Part shown: positions 56,401 to 64,000 of the stretch, in pieces
How positions within the stretch are numbered: the first letter of the stretch is position 1
Layout of the letters: each line of letters begins with the position of its first letter
IMG/VR virus record: IMGVR_UViG_3300029319_000004
Coordinates: 1 to 64,000 of that record
From: a virus
Direction: 5' to 3' (one strand)
Length of the DNA: 64,000 nucleotides
Program-made: the position numbers and the translations under genes
Notes under the pieces: generated by a model
What the model saw: the letters and a program-made list of their open reading frames with translations, nothing else
What the model was told of the DNA's origin: nothing
Databases searched by the model: none

Positions 56401-58541
56401 TTTGCGAAACTCCAACAAACAGTGGAGGAAATATAGAACCAGATTTTCTAAGAGTAGAAGAGTTCTATGAGCACATGTCAAAAATTAATGTTTTGCCAGC
56501 AGCAGAATTTTTAAGATCAAAATTAATGTGCGACCCTTCCCAGTTTATAAATCAGCATGAATTTATGATTGGCAATGGTCTAAACAGTAAAATGGGAAAT
56601 TTTATATTTCAACCATATGTTAAATTGGTTGACCAGGATGACAGAAGTTTTAAATCTAGAAAAGGACAAGATTTAGAACCTTGCGATATTGATGATAAAA
56701 CACAAGGAAGCATTGTTGAAGCAGAGACTTTAATGCCAGCAGGACCCATCTTAGAAGACATAAGGAATGAAGATAATCCTTATAGTGCTTACATTTTTGA
56801 TGTTGTTCCTCTTTCTATCTTCAATTGGTTCATGGGTGAAGCTTTAATTCCTTGGCTTAATCAGCCAGAAAACCAAGACATTAATGTTTTATATAAAGAT
56901 CATGGAATGAAATTATTTTTCAAAGATGTTAAATTTGGCATGAGAATGGTATATGTTAGTTCTTTTGGTCCTTTAGTGTCCACTAATAGTTTAAAAACTA
57001 ATATTATACAAGAGTTAAAAAATACATTTGGTGACGAAGCCTTTAAAAGATCAAAAGCTGGATTAGTTTCTAGAATATATTCTTTAGAAAATCGCAGATA
57101 TCAGACGGCAGAAAAAAACGGACAGCCTTATACGTTTCCTGGCAGTGATCTAAGCATTAGAAAGATTCCTCAATTAATGCATGAACTTCATATACCTATG
57201 GCTTCATATGAGGAATCATTAGAAATAACTAGAAATTCTGTGTATTTTAAAGATTCTGATAACTCAAGAGGGTCAAAAGTTTTTGATACGCAAGAGTTTT
57301 GTTACGGCCCAGTTCAAATCCCCGGCTCTGTAGAAACATTCGATATAAGGGACTTAGCGAATAAAGAAAATGAAGCGCTTCTTAAGTCTTTAGTACACAT
57401 ACCGAGTAATTTTTACTTTAAACACTTCGCAAACAGGGCTATCAATCAAATACAAGGATCACCTGAATTTAAACTTTTATTTGAGCATGTTTTTCCGATA
57501 AAAAGGTACATGGCTCTAGCTTATTTGTATGCTAATGACACTATGCTTGAAAATAGATCAGGAGATTCGAATCTTTTGGCTCAGACAAAAAGCACTATTT
57601 TTGACATTATAAAATCTCTAAAAGCATCATCAGGCAATGATTACACCTTTATAACAGAATCTTCTAAAAACAAACTTGAGATTGATTTAAATGCAGAAAG
57701 AACTGGAACAACTGGTAAAGAAGAGTCCCTAACAGATCAAATAAAAATGATTATTTTTAAAACATTGCTTCTTCTTCTAAAGGGCTTTGTTGAGATTACT
57801 GATCCTGCTATTATAACTGCGAAGTCTATTATTGACATCGGTAAGGCAATCTATGAAGCAGTAATTATTGCTGTTGAAACAGGGTTTAACGCTGCAAAAC
57901 AAGGATTTCAAGCGGTTATTGATGCTGCAAATAGTGCAAAAGTTCAATTAGAGGTATCAATAGCTGTTTCTGGTCCTCCGTTAGAACAAGCATACAACCC
58001 ACTAGCGCAAGCTCTAGGAGAAAAAGCCGCAGACGCAGTGCCAAATTTTGATGTCAGTAAGGAAAAAGTAACGGAATGGGAAATTGAAGTAAATGAAAGT
58101 TTTGAAATTCCTCCTGATTTGGGTATTGAGCAGGAACAATGGGAGGATTTTGTTGAATTAGCATCTGACCTTAAGAGCACAATTGATGAGCTTAAAAAAG
58201 TTGATGAAGAACTAAAAAAAGCAGAGAAAGACAAAGAAGATTTAGAAAAAGAATATGAAAAGATAATGAACGGTGAAGATGGAAAAGGAGGAATAAAAGG
58301 CGAAATGGAAAAAGTTTTTGGATCTAATTTTCTTCTTCCGGCAACCTGGGCAGCTCTTCTGCCATCAATGACACCATATGGCGGAGGAATCATCCCGCCG
58401 CCACTTTTCATAGGCCCCCCTGGAACTTTTCCAGGTATAATATATTTAGTTTTAGTAATGTCGGGCGCTTATGAAGATTTATTTGCTGAAGAGTCCTTAA
58501 ACAACTCAAGTGATGATCCTAATTGTGATGATGAATTGTAA
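47487..58541 (+). CDS. giant (3684 aa) tail/baseplate-associated protein of unknown function
   Basis: 11-kb uninterrupted ORF between the spike and gp25; C-terminal coiled coil and Pro/Gly-rich hydrophobic tail. Confidence 0.6.
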   Translation: MSLTAAKQNEAKSSLLDIKKILGLLIQSDSEIEKLSALTSIGVDFDSSGYNTIKEDTDSPDSTFENVASSLLSLMTESSNLLAALNDVNLEEKESLSLFTEGASTLADIIDNIDPKVYQDPKLWFKGFPTDWIGNVQPSSYESLVKQFCRRMQYDVEDAGGVSNFDPKTFLFQALSNSLKKYSSLFGKSYFNRRPIEAPPGPIDIAQMMPVDENLETKFLPKNINATHYIGALEPAVSSAGAREEDYLPVRLAPGAYPTPLASGWDDEGYKLLNKQGKLVNQSHPRENGIVIPIGTQVFVTEVVLGLSGVWVGFIPLDLSGQQKSAYEAATKKNQNILYTHVDYLRRFASSDPMAVLSQTLIPYDGQDPRASTMQGASLIKPDSNLNWTTLGYGDVHLAYYNFLEHNNKYPIYLDADDNPSVSEPDNLEAIGAMFSRPRGKFSEGYYYFATLDTTRPTVGELLESISPGPGVENSNEMREAKEEAATNAISELTPQAIKIILEYAGKQIPDDLLSFESYYIAPVAQNLSTRGGENNARILFAMPAQVVDALPNSKNIYYDDFNSDLKDTFNGKDYTFTIKISDIPKISEKLVQFLENIKSKLDTFTQEGGAIKNPNGIDYNIESQITRIEEFPIILNDFLQRQSTAGERDVLSEHLSLGTNIEGEALIQFGIRDNGQVGGQVRQTVSFVLYSPDPDRLVQSNRKEFVTLDPYLIDEEKNGLAVPTRTGVVLTKALPWLRDKFLDAEGARTLHYFMSHRNLIEFDSETGADLRLNEWVKFLQAYTVPPLLIKLSKEKSTSPEQIDCKKLVDDLLNSPSVVGPKDKKLRELVEKRCGKEYLEAVLQDTDASDSESSEKALEFKQKASQNPGSFGNSKAAAHLTLLYRQFLHKLDPQGLIALLMACLQEQLGIPLTAEALCEVAIEKLIEAAGVEEIKKTIVKAVPELALFFPELRVAERLGDISVMNPDPYDYDNSSENFAASFGEIMYPSESEYEDTLGEDGTSIFQKEHIINQNIYTNAPIAAGVKLSNPKFPQDKIIFIAKLERVGYPIPLVPTSKTNSISGGGLSYLAEKQQIYLDKGYSEYEARAAMVRDGDLEVHEEFLNRDIEINPYEAAQNKLQGAESAFSDISDAFYNAGQRMNNLPPGTDVLLGTGGSELLNAVGATAESAEQFLGYLKRIIDLQQLCELLVGPILQAPGLLFSDPNSFVSNWENWAANLKDSLIRQFKPPDFNIPKLGLPDELSTDDLIGDYATKLEQLIVGAIGMILGEILNLLLKELLEKCFNNPQDNDSTGPRPVGSEPSIPLPIIDDLSTRLPSGATRPDWPGWWADMIGILSNQQLCRLLKFNATREEIDIVLDRTDKKWPECWEAGMDNSADVQITFKQAGDRMRATGDLDICDAIQALTPILVTACDAKYDYDARCAELQMNGLTKEECDEQIRQEIEDLKNKLKLFSSKLFPGEDDTFAGVPEPCGPDGYFVLPPMMENTMGRITDNYLRAVKRSVLDDLTTMEFFSVPPKAYEAINDPEILQSTYNLALKATSQGASKEINAVMPIQKHSFLTQMGLFEPRDYENLDVNESPTHLPLTYSTVGYNLYLFKIGANQSDITSEEVETISADDWFGHPPEGFINSKTYQDTLRSGDGTLVLPACSWNSTIPNPHSKNNIPQLSQVTGATNFLSALSIFNMSLNNQNTNISDASELNVVLNNIEDQVEILQDIFENSFLGSEMFNVFIEDELSEELFGQRVYNLTKESEEFIKANRLGFIELKTTDDLNYDLPASLGGIGAAGTKKYWGYWEPGASYMGDATNEYSGANYFSSNVGLFKTLTEEEKEHMLKLRSNAFDDRLAANLKLLNNFAPGIFPVTRFEEIKNFLVQYAPDDIYSVLKEILPGPPTEAQSKKSAALLLTHTEFELIQKRKRSISPEINVDAGMRMLNESMLDMITLDTPMSDLFAISEDREQKFKKFLGRLLADQKNAKNAAKMPKKLANMAEGGEPHFAFLQMMASFIGCDMSSIPLEVLGVDVAQLVQFTTDDIPVTDHEKVDSGVNIEEGGGRIHYYKQDVKKASWQYKFYRWITNHSDFHIQTLWEQDLPSYSVGGGVYQEEFLVDKEGNHSGDTAHHYFVSNVSVGDSPIFKAIRQIALHARSSDENLLQAFTHMPIGKATGLTPERLNKILPNWTGFFGLIEGVFLDKTPGLLADSMRTNFGNDHTDLDPGIYMGYIQDIFRVPQVEVSALALKTMHRGNNPLENTDLCEMVPALSKKPVSEALITMFDNPSETEVFSRGLYERSTILTPGDPYSLTGTPYKRTFNNLTFISEQVPGLTESPRAWYGNTNFNPNIFYFDMPLKRSTTLAQASSVSKRLLDSLATPSQVSNAGTPSASDLPLVALSGMRSSALNKILIYQEIPLGSVHTQKAFSNDIKDSYFITKSKVVSVEGVDSKSFILSDSQPNRVSPIKQESQLINPEYSFNIFEDYDDDVKKLIYDVVEKAKIKYLDASYLNQPFPEQNFSWGFGEVSASDRKYDTPSIFASLVMSKLQDMMDEYADGPGTEDSTPDYIERFLPWIFKNREFSACRLAYSNKVFGKLRFSRLNHKNFMTSMWKKILKSPLSTPRTNKQCEDVLDSISRTSQDTEKTETDFFQIDKIKPQIVEFYKKSVCADVYDQSTDVYNSTHRALIEGAVSLMIKIHVLEMCLAGIIAWDCYNLSDVFSERIISNIITKRLRELFDGDSEEYEDFLLFAENIARKETNVVSFAARTQVKNQTGLEYLIQKEAENIDSIVRPMFRNSRPMNTNLSLNVVDSSDDSLLKELAAVSLRQNVAKKVFQCEDVPNILVNQALSSYPPISDDDVKNDAERLLKIEEESLYFNSFSERDITYPAINHFVDNHYTHNYYDAVLQNRYHYTRGLYESMDGLSTEHDLKLVYSSKPTNDPETAMDFSSLLSKLSQRNFLHSVPLNYFPEATLTEPREMQNLVLCETPTNSGGNIEPDFLRVEEFYEHMSKINVLPAAEFLRSKLMCDPSQFINQHEFMIGNGLNSKMGNFIFQPYVKLVDQDDRSFKSRKGQDLEPCDIDDKTQGSIVEAETLMPAGPILEDIRNEDNPYSAYIFDVVPLSIFNWFMGEALIPWLNQPENQDINVLYKDHGMKLFFKDVKFGMRMVYVSSFGPLVSTNSLKTNIIQELKNTFGDEAFKRSKAGLVSRIYSLENRRYQTAEKNGQPYTFPGSDLSIRKIPQLMHELHIPMASYEESLEITRNSVYFKDSDNSRGSKVFDTQEFCYGPVQIPGSVETFDIRDLANKENEALLKSLVHIPSNFYFKHFANRAINQIQGSPEFKLLFEHVFPIKRYMALAYLYANDTMLENRSGDSNLLAQTKSTIFDIIKSLKASSGNDYTFITESSKNKLEIDLNAERTGTTGKEESLTDQIKMIIFKTLLLLLKGFVEITDPAIITAKSIIDIGKAIYEAVIIAVETGFNAAKQGFQAVIDAANSAKVQLEVSIAVSGPPLEQAYNPLAQALGEKAADAVPNFDVSKEKVTEWEIEVNESFEIPPDLGIEQEQWEDFVELASDLKSTIDELKKVDEELKKAEKDKEDLEKEYEKIMNGEDGKGGIKGEMEKVFGSNFLLPATWAALLPSMTPYGGGIIPPPLFIGPPGTFPGIIYLVLVMSGAYEDLFAEESLNNSSDDPNCDDEL

Positions 58542-58572
58542 TAGTAACTAATTAAATAAAAGAGGGATTAAC

Positions 58573-58971
58573 ATGCAAGGAATTGGACCAGCTTTACCTT
58601 TAACAAGAGATTCTAGTTTTGGGGTTTTTGCTCTCATTACTGATTACGAAGCAGAAATAAGACAAAATTTTAAAAACCTAGTATTGACTAGTCCCGGCGA
58701 ACGAATGATGAATACTGATTTTGGTGTTGGAATAAGAAATATTTTATTCGAAAACTACATCACAGCAAAAACTGTATTTAAACAAAGACTAGACTCTCAA
58801 GTAAGAAGGTACATGCCTTTTATAAATATTCAAGACGTTATTTTTCAAAGCAATGATGAAAATCAAGTGCCCTTAGAGGAAAGAAATATTTTATCCATAA
58901 AGATTATCTTCTCTGTTCCTGATTTAAATTTAAATTCTTCAATAATTGTCAACACAGAGGTGGAAAATTAA
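58573..58971 (+). CDS. gp25-like baseplate wedge protein
   Basis: IRQNFKNLVLTSPGERMMNTDFGVGIRNILFE. Confidence 0.9.
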   Translation: MQGIGPALPLTRDSSFGVFALITDYEAEIRQNFKNLVLTSPGERMMNTDFGVGIRNILFENYITAKTVFKQRLDSQVRRYMPFINIQDVIFQSNDENQVPLEERNILSIKIIFSVPDLNLNSSIIVNTEVEN

Positions 58972-60770
58972 TGAGTAAAATGAACAAAAAACTAATCAGA
59001 TACACTGATAGAGATTTTAATACGATAAAAGAAAGTCTTGTAAATTATGCAAAAAGATATTATCCTAATGTTTATCAAGATTTTTCTGAGGCCTCATTCG
59101 GGTCTTTAATGTTGGATACCGTGTCTTATGTTGGAGATGTGCTTTCATTTTACTTAGATTATCAAGTTAACGAATCTTTTATTGACACAGCAACAGAGTA
59201 TGACAATGTTTTAAGGCTTGGAGAACAAGTTGGATACTATCCATCATTAAGGTCTCCATCATTCGGAATAGTTTCTTTATATGTTCTTGTTCCCACCAGC
59301 CCAAACGGCAGCGGCCCAGACACAGACTATCTTCCAATAATTACTAAAGGAAGCAAATATTCTACTATTGCTGGAGATACTTTTGAGCTTACAGAAGACG
59401 TTGATTTTTCAAACCCCAACAATGAAGTTGTGGCAGGGACTGAGGAGCAACAAGGTGGTGGAGCAACATCATTTGTTGTAAAAGCGTATGGAAAAGTTAT
59501 TTCTGGAGAATTAAAAGAACAAAATATAACTGTTGGCGATTTTTCAAGATTTTTAACTGTGTCTCTTGCAGATGAAAATATTACTGAAATTGTTTCTGTT
59601 ACAGATACTGAAGGACATGAGTATTTTCAAGTTCCATTCTTATCTCACGATACGGTCTTTAGAACAGTTATAAATAAAGATCCAGCTACAAGATCCAAAG
59701 CTCCTAGTATTTTAGTAACCACTGCAGTTCCTAGAAGATTTATTAGCTTTGTAAGAGACCAAAGAGTTCATTTAAAATTTGGATATGGCTCTGAATCTTC
59801 TTTAAGAACAGACAATACAACTCACCCATCAAATGTAGTTTTAAAAATGCACGGTCGGGATTACGAAACTGACACTGGGTTTGATCCATCTAAATTATTA
59901 GAAAGTGACAAATTTGGTATCGCGCCGGCAAACACTGTCCTTAACGTTGTTTATCGTGCAAATACTTCTGATAATTCAAATACCGCAACTGATAGTATTT
60001 CATTTATTGGAGATCAGACGTTTATTTTTCCCGAGTCTGCGGATAATTTAGAAAAAATTGATTTTGTAAGAGGTAGTTTAGAAGTCTCCAATGAGTTTCC
60101 AATAGTAGGAGATGTTAGCATCCCAACAACTTCTGAGTTGAAGCAAAGAATAAATGATCTTTTTGCAACACAAAACCGTGCTGTTACTGAAGAAGACTAT
60201 AGATCTCTTATTTATAGAATGCCAGCTAAATTTGGAAAAGTAAAAAGAGCAAAAATTGTTAGAGATCAGGATTCTTTTAAGAGAAACTTAAATTTGTATA
60301 TTGCCTCTGAAGATGAAGATAGAAATCTTATTACTTCAAATGCTGTAATAAAAAACAATTTAAAAACTTTTTTGCAACACTACAAAATGGTTAATGACAC
60401 TATTGACATTCTTGATGCTAAGATTGTAAACGTTGGAATTGAATTTGTTGCGGTTATTAATACCGATCAAGACAAGTATCAAGCTCTTAGTGCAGCAATA
60501 AAAACGCTGCAAAACGAAATGTTTGCAGAAAAATATGACATAGGACAGCCAATATATATAACAAACATATATGATATGTTAAACAATTTAGATGAAATTG
60601 TTGATGTTGTTGATGTCAGAATAGTCCCTAAAACAACTGGGCTTTATTCAGATTTCTCTCTCAATATTAATGAATATGTTTCAGCAGACGGTAGAATTTT
60701 ATACGCTCCTGAAGATGTTATATACGAAATCAAATATCCTAATAGAGACATTAAGGGGACCATAAGATAA
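58971..60770 (+). CDS. baseplate wedge gp6/J-like protein
   Basis: YTDRDFNTIKESL...LDTVSYVGDVLSFYLDYQVNE...; QNRAVTEEDY. Confidence 0.85.
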   Translation: MSKMNKKLIRYTDRDFNTIKESLVNYAKRYYPNVYQDFSEASFGSLMLDTVSYVGDVLSFYLDYQVNESFIDTATEYDNVLRLGEQVGYYPSLRSPSFGIVSLYVLVPTSPNGSGPDTDYLPIITKGSKYSTIAGDTFELTEDVDFSNPNNEVVAGTEEQQGGGATSFVVKAYGKVISGELKEQNITVGDFSRFLTVSLADENITEIVSVTDTEGHEYFQVPFLSHDTVFRTVINKDPATRSKAPSILVTTAVPRRFISFVRDQRVHLKFGYGSESSLRTDNTTHPSNVVLKMHGRDYETDTGFDPSKLLESDKFGIAPANTVLNVVYRANTSDNSNTATDSISFIGDQTFIFPESADNLEKIDFVRGSLEVSNEFPIVGDVSIPTTSELKQRINDLFATQNRAVTEEDYRSLIYRMPAKFGKVKRAKIVRDQDSFKRNLNLYIASEDEDRNLITSNAVIKNNLKTFLQHYKMVNDTIDILDAKIVNVGIEFVAVINTDQDKYQALSAAIKTLQNEMFAEKYDIGQPIYITNIYDMLNNLDEIVDVVDVRIVPKTTGLYSDFSLNINEYVSADGRILYAPEDVIYEIKYPNRDIKGTIR

Positions 60771-62617
60771 TGGCGATCAAAAGATACTATGCAGAGGCCG
60801 ATAATACAATAACAAATGCATTTGACACCGTGTTGTCTCAAAGAGGAACAGGATCCAATGCAGGGGCAAATGATGTTTTAGAAACATTTTCAATTTACGG
60901 CCAATACAGTACTAGCTCTACAGAGCTTTCTAGAATTCTAATAAAGTTTCCTGTTACTGGGACAACTAGTGTTAAAGCCGATAGAGATGCGTCAAACCTG
61001 CCTGCGTCTGGTAGTGTTAAATTTTATTTAAAAATGTTTAACGCTAGACATCAAGAGCAGCTGCCTGAAAATTTAATTCTTAGTATTTTTCCAGTTGCGA
61101 GGAACTGGGAAGAAGGAACAGGCATTGACCTTGTTAATCATGCTGATAAAACAAAAGATGTTATCCCTGGCTCGAATTGGGTCAATAGAACAAAAGGTGT
61201 TGCTTGGGTTCGAAATGGTGGAGATTATATTTCTGGAAGTGCAAACTCAGCAGTGTGGTCTACGGCCAGTTTTGTTACTGGATCCGAAGATCTAGAAGTT
61301 GATGTTACTGATGTGGTAGAAGAATGGATAAGCTCTACAGAAGTAAAGGCTACAGCGACAATAACCTTTACTGAAAAACCGCATGAAGCAACAACAATTA
61401 CCTTAGTTGATGGTGATGGAACATCTGCAACGTTCGAGATTGACGATAACGAAGATGGTGTTGTCGCTGGCAATATTGCCATGAACCCCGCTTCAGACGA
61501 CGCCGCAGGAATGGCTACGATTTTATTTCAAAAAGTAAATGCATCCGCATTGAAAATCACAGCGACTAACCCATCATCTGGCCAGGTTGTCTTAACACAG
61601 GATACAGCAGGGCGAGTTGGAAATACTACAATTACTTATAGTAATTCTACTAGTTGGAGCGACAATACATCAGGTACTTTACCAACAGCTTTTACCGGAG
61701 GCACCGGCGTAGTTAACTATGGTTTTGGAATCATGGTCACAAGCAGCCAGGAAGCTTATCGCGCAACGGCAGACTCTGGGTCTGAGTTGCAAAACACAGA
61801 TGGAATAACTAAGTCAACCTATACTAAAAGATTTTATTCTAGGAGTTCTGAATATTTCTTTAGAAGGCCTGTAATTGAGGCTCGCTGGGAAGATAGAATC
61901 AGTGATGACAGAAATAAGTTTTTTGCTAGTAGTTCTCTGTGCAGCACACAAAATACTCAAAGCGTCTACTTGTATAATTATATTGATGGAGTATTAACTA
62001 ACTTACCTGACGAATCAGTTACAATTAATTTTTATGCTAGCTCTGGATCATTGCCAAGTGGCTCTTCTATCGCCAATACAACAGCCACAAAAGTTAGCAC
62101 TGGAATATATCGAGCTGCTTTGGCGATAAACACTACCGAGTCAGTTTTGCATGATGTTTGGTCAGAGACTGATGGAGGAAGTGTATACCATACAGGCACA
62201 ATTTCTGTGCGAACACGAAGTGCTAGCGATTCAAATAAAATTGGTGATTTTATTAGCAATATAACAAACTTAAAAGATACATACAAAAGAACTGAAAATG
62301 CAAGAATAAAAGTTTTTGTTAGAAGAAGGAATGAGTGCCCTACTGTGTACACAGTGGCTACTAGTGTTGCAGAGGGAGAGACAATTGTTAGTGCATCGTA
62401 CTCTGTCGTAAGAGATATAGATAATAAGATAATTTTTCAGCATAGCACAGGCAGTTCAGATAGACATACATTCTTATCGTATGATAATTCTGGTAGTTAT
62501 TTTGATTTTGATATGTCGTTGCTAGAGGCTGGATATATGTATGGGTTTAAGTTTGCTTATTATGCCGCCGGAAAGTGGAGAGAGCAAGAAGAACTGTTTA
62601 AATTTAGAGTAGAATAA
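60770..62617 (+). CDS. baseplate/tail structural protein
   Basis: Coupled to the gp6-like gene; Thr/Ser-rich beta modules. Confidence 0.55.
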   Translation: MAIKRYYAEADNTITNAFDTVLSQRGTGSNAGANDVLETFSIYGQYSTSSTELSRILIKFPVTGTTSVKADRDASNLPASGSVKFYLKMFNARHQEQLPENLILSIFPVARNWEEGTGIDLVNHADKTKDVIPGSNWVNRTKGVAWVRNGGDYISGSANSAVWSTASFVTGSEDLEVDVTDVVEEWISSTEVKATATITFTEKPHEATTITLVDGDGTSATFEIDDNEDGVVAGNIAMNPASDDAAGMATILFQKVNASALKITATNPSSGQVVLTQDTAGRVGNTTITYSNSTSWSDNTSGTLPTAFTGGTGVVNYGFGIMVTSSQEAYRATADSGSELQNTDGITKSTYTKRFYSRSSEYFFRRPVIEARWEDRISDDRNKFFASSSLCSTQNTQSVYLYNYIDGVLTNLPDESVTINFYASSGSLPSGSSIANTTATKVSTGIYRAALAINTTESVLHDVWSETDGGSVYHTGTISVRTRSASDSNKIGDFISNITNLKDTYKRTENARIKVFVRRRNECPTVYTVATSVAEGETIVSASYSVVRDIDNKIIFQHSTGSSDRHTFLSYDNSGSYFDFDMSLLEAGYMYGFKFAYYAAGKWREQEELFKFRVE

Positions 62618-62638
62618 TAATTACATGTGGGCACTTAA

Positions 62639-64000
62639 ATGAGTACAAAAGATCTTTTTGATAAAGGCTATTCTTTAAACTTTTTAAAGAACAAGTCTCT
62701 TACGGACTACAGAGAAGATGTAGAGTCGCCCAGATATATCGATGCTTATATCAAAAAAAGAGAAAGATTTTTTCCTGATGTAAATTATGCCACTGCTTCT
62801 AATTTCGCTGCATATGGATTAGCAGAGGAATATTACAAGCAATCTATAGAAAGAATATATAAAACATATCCTTACGATGGATCTTTAGCAGAAAAATTAG
62901 AGTGGGAAAATGAAAGCACCTATTTAGATCTTTTTATTTTTGAAAACGAATACCCTAGATCAACTGGCTATATTGTTTTTAACAGCAGTTCTTACTCGTA
63001 TACAGACACCAAAACAGGCAATTTCTATAGCAGTAGCGCCCCTCAATATGTTTACTTTTATGGAAATCCTCACGCTGATGTTAGCGGAAACTTTAAAGAG
63101 CCACCAACAGCTGGCCCTTCAGGAGTCGGTGTTTCCAAAGCCAATGTTTATGAAACAGGCAGTCAAAGAACTTCTAATCTTGAAATTGATTTAGAAAAAG
63201 GGATTACAGTAGAATTTTGGCTTAAAAAAACTTCTTGGGCAACACAAAATGCAGCTGCCGAGGTTTTATTTAGTAACATAACAGACGAAACCAGTACAGA
63301 AACTAGGTTTTGGATTTCTTCTTCAAACACCGCTAAAGGAAAAATTACAGCAGAGCTATTTTCCACTCCAGTCATAGCGACTTTTGAACACGACACAGGT
63401 TTATCTGACATAGGAGATGGAGCTTGGCATCACTACGCAGTAACAGTTAAAAGATCTGGAAATACAAATGTTAGTAATTTGTATGTCGATGGAGTCCACA
63501 AATCAAAAAAAACATCTGGAGCAGGTGGTACATTTACTAACATTACTGCATCAACTGTCGCCGCTATTGGGGCGATATCAAAAGATGTTGATGGTTTTTA
63601 CGGCGCAGGATATGGAAATGTTGTTGGATGCTCCTTCGATGAATTTAGATACTGGAAAACAGAAAGGAACGCACAGCAAATTGGCAGACACTTCAGAGAT
63701 CAAATTGGCGGCGGAACAAATACAGACAACGTTAAGTATGATAAGACACACAATCCTGTAGATTTAGGAGTATATTTTAAATTTAACGAGGGAATAACTG
63801 GTGATAGTTCAATCGACTCCACAGTTTTAGATTACTCTGGTCGCATATCTAATGGAACTTTTGTAAACTATCAAAGTAGCTCATCTAGAAATACTGGATC
63901 AGCAATGGTTTCTGCTAGCGTGGCTGAGCGTGAATTTAAAGATCCTATTATATACTCGTCTCATCCAAGTGTTATTAGTCTAATACAGGAGAAAACAAGA
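62639..64000 (+). CDS. LamG/concanavalin-A domain baseplate/tail protein (partial; runs off the window, absent from ORF track)
   Basis: ATG 62639 opens a frame with no stop read to the end: MSTKDLFDK...ITVEFWLKK...WHHYAVTV...LYVDG...FDEFRYW. Confidence 0.75.
   Translation, partial: MSTKDLFDKGYSLNFLKNKSLTDYREDVESPRYIDAYIKKRERFFPDVNYATASNFAAYGLAEEYYKQSIERIYKTYPYDGSLAEKLEWENESTYLDLFIFENEYPRSTGYIVFNSSSYSYTDTKTGNFYSSSAPQYVYFYGNPHADVSGNFKEPPTAGPSGVGVSKANVYETGSQRTSNLEIDLEKGITVEFWLKKTSWATQNAAAEVLFSNITDETSTETRFWISSSNTAKGKITAELFSTPVIATFEHDTGLSDIGDGAWHHYAVTVKRSGNTNVSNLYVDGVHKSKKTSGAGGTFTNITASTVAAIGAISKDVDGFYGAGYGNVVGCSFDEFRYWKTERNAQQIGRHFRDQIGGGTNTDNVKYDKTHNPVDLGVYFKFNEGITGDSSIDSTVLDYSGRISNGTFVNYQSSSSRNTGSAMVSASVAEREFKDPIIYSSHPSVISLIQEKTR

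Noticed and set aside
47487-58541. Tape measure protein call
   Set aside because: The composition is acidic and globular-like without tape-measure periodicity; left unassigned.
3569-63761. The many short minus-strand and off-frame ORFs in the track inside long + strand genes
   Set aside because: They are fully nested in well-supported genes, have low-complexity Phe/Ser/Leu-rich translations typical of antisense frames, and lack RBSs.

Overview
A 64-kb segment of a large AT-rich (about one third GC, judged by eye) myovirus-like jumbo phage genome, almost entirely on the + strand. The left ~2 kb is GC-rich and starts with a consensus sigma54 promoter driving a phage sigma70-family gene. From ~2.8 to 30.6 kb lies a dense array of genes, about 20 of which share two short N-terminal leaders (xxFENWRxFxxE and MKITKxxLxxIIxEE). 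These resemble T4 capsid-targeting/prohead-protease sites and are fused to varied payloads: SET methyltransferase, HhH+NUDIX, HAD phosphatase, zincin, annexin repeats and basic peptides. One leader gene has an in-frame UGA followed by a bacterial SECIS-like hairpin and is a candidate phage selenoprotein. Also present are a Cys-rich metallothionein-like micro-ORF, a myxobacterial-type vWA lipoprotein next to a CglF/GltF-like gene (host hint: Myxococcota or Bdellovibrionota), an amidase endolysin, a tmRNA, a D-armless UAU tRNA-like RNA, SpoU/TrmH, PIN-PhoH, a Cas4-like nuclease, two GT4 glycosyltransferases and a gp55-like late sigma factor with a recurring CTANTTA upstream motif. The right end is a baseplate/tail module: gp5-like hub with an M15 peptidase, a 3684-aa protein, gp25, a gp6/J-like wedge and a LamG protein running off the end. 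All family calls come from motif recognition by eye; no database search was run.
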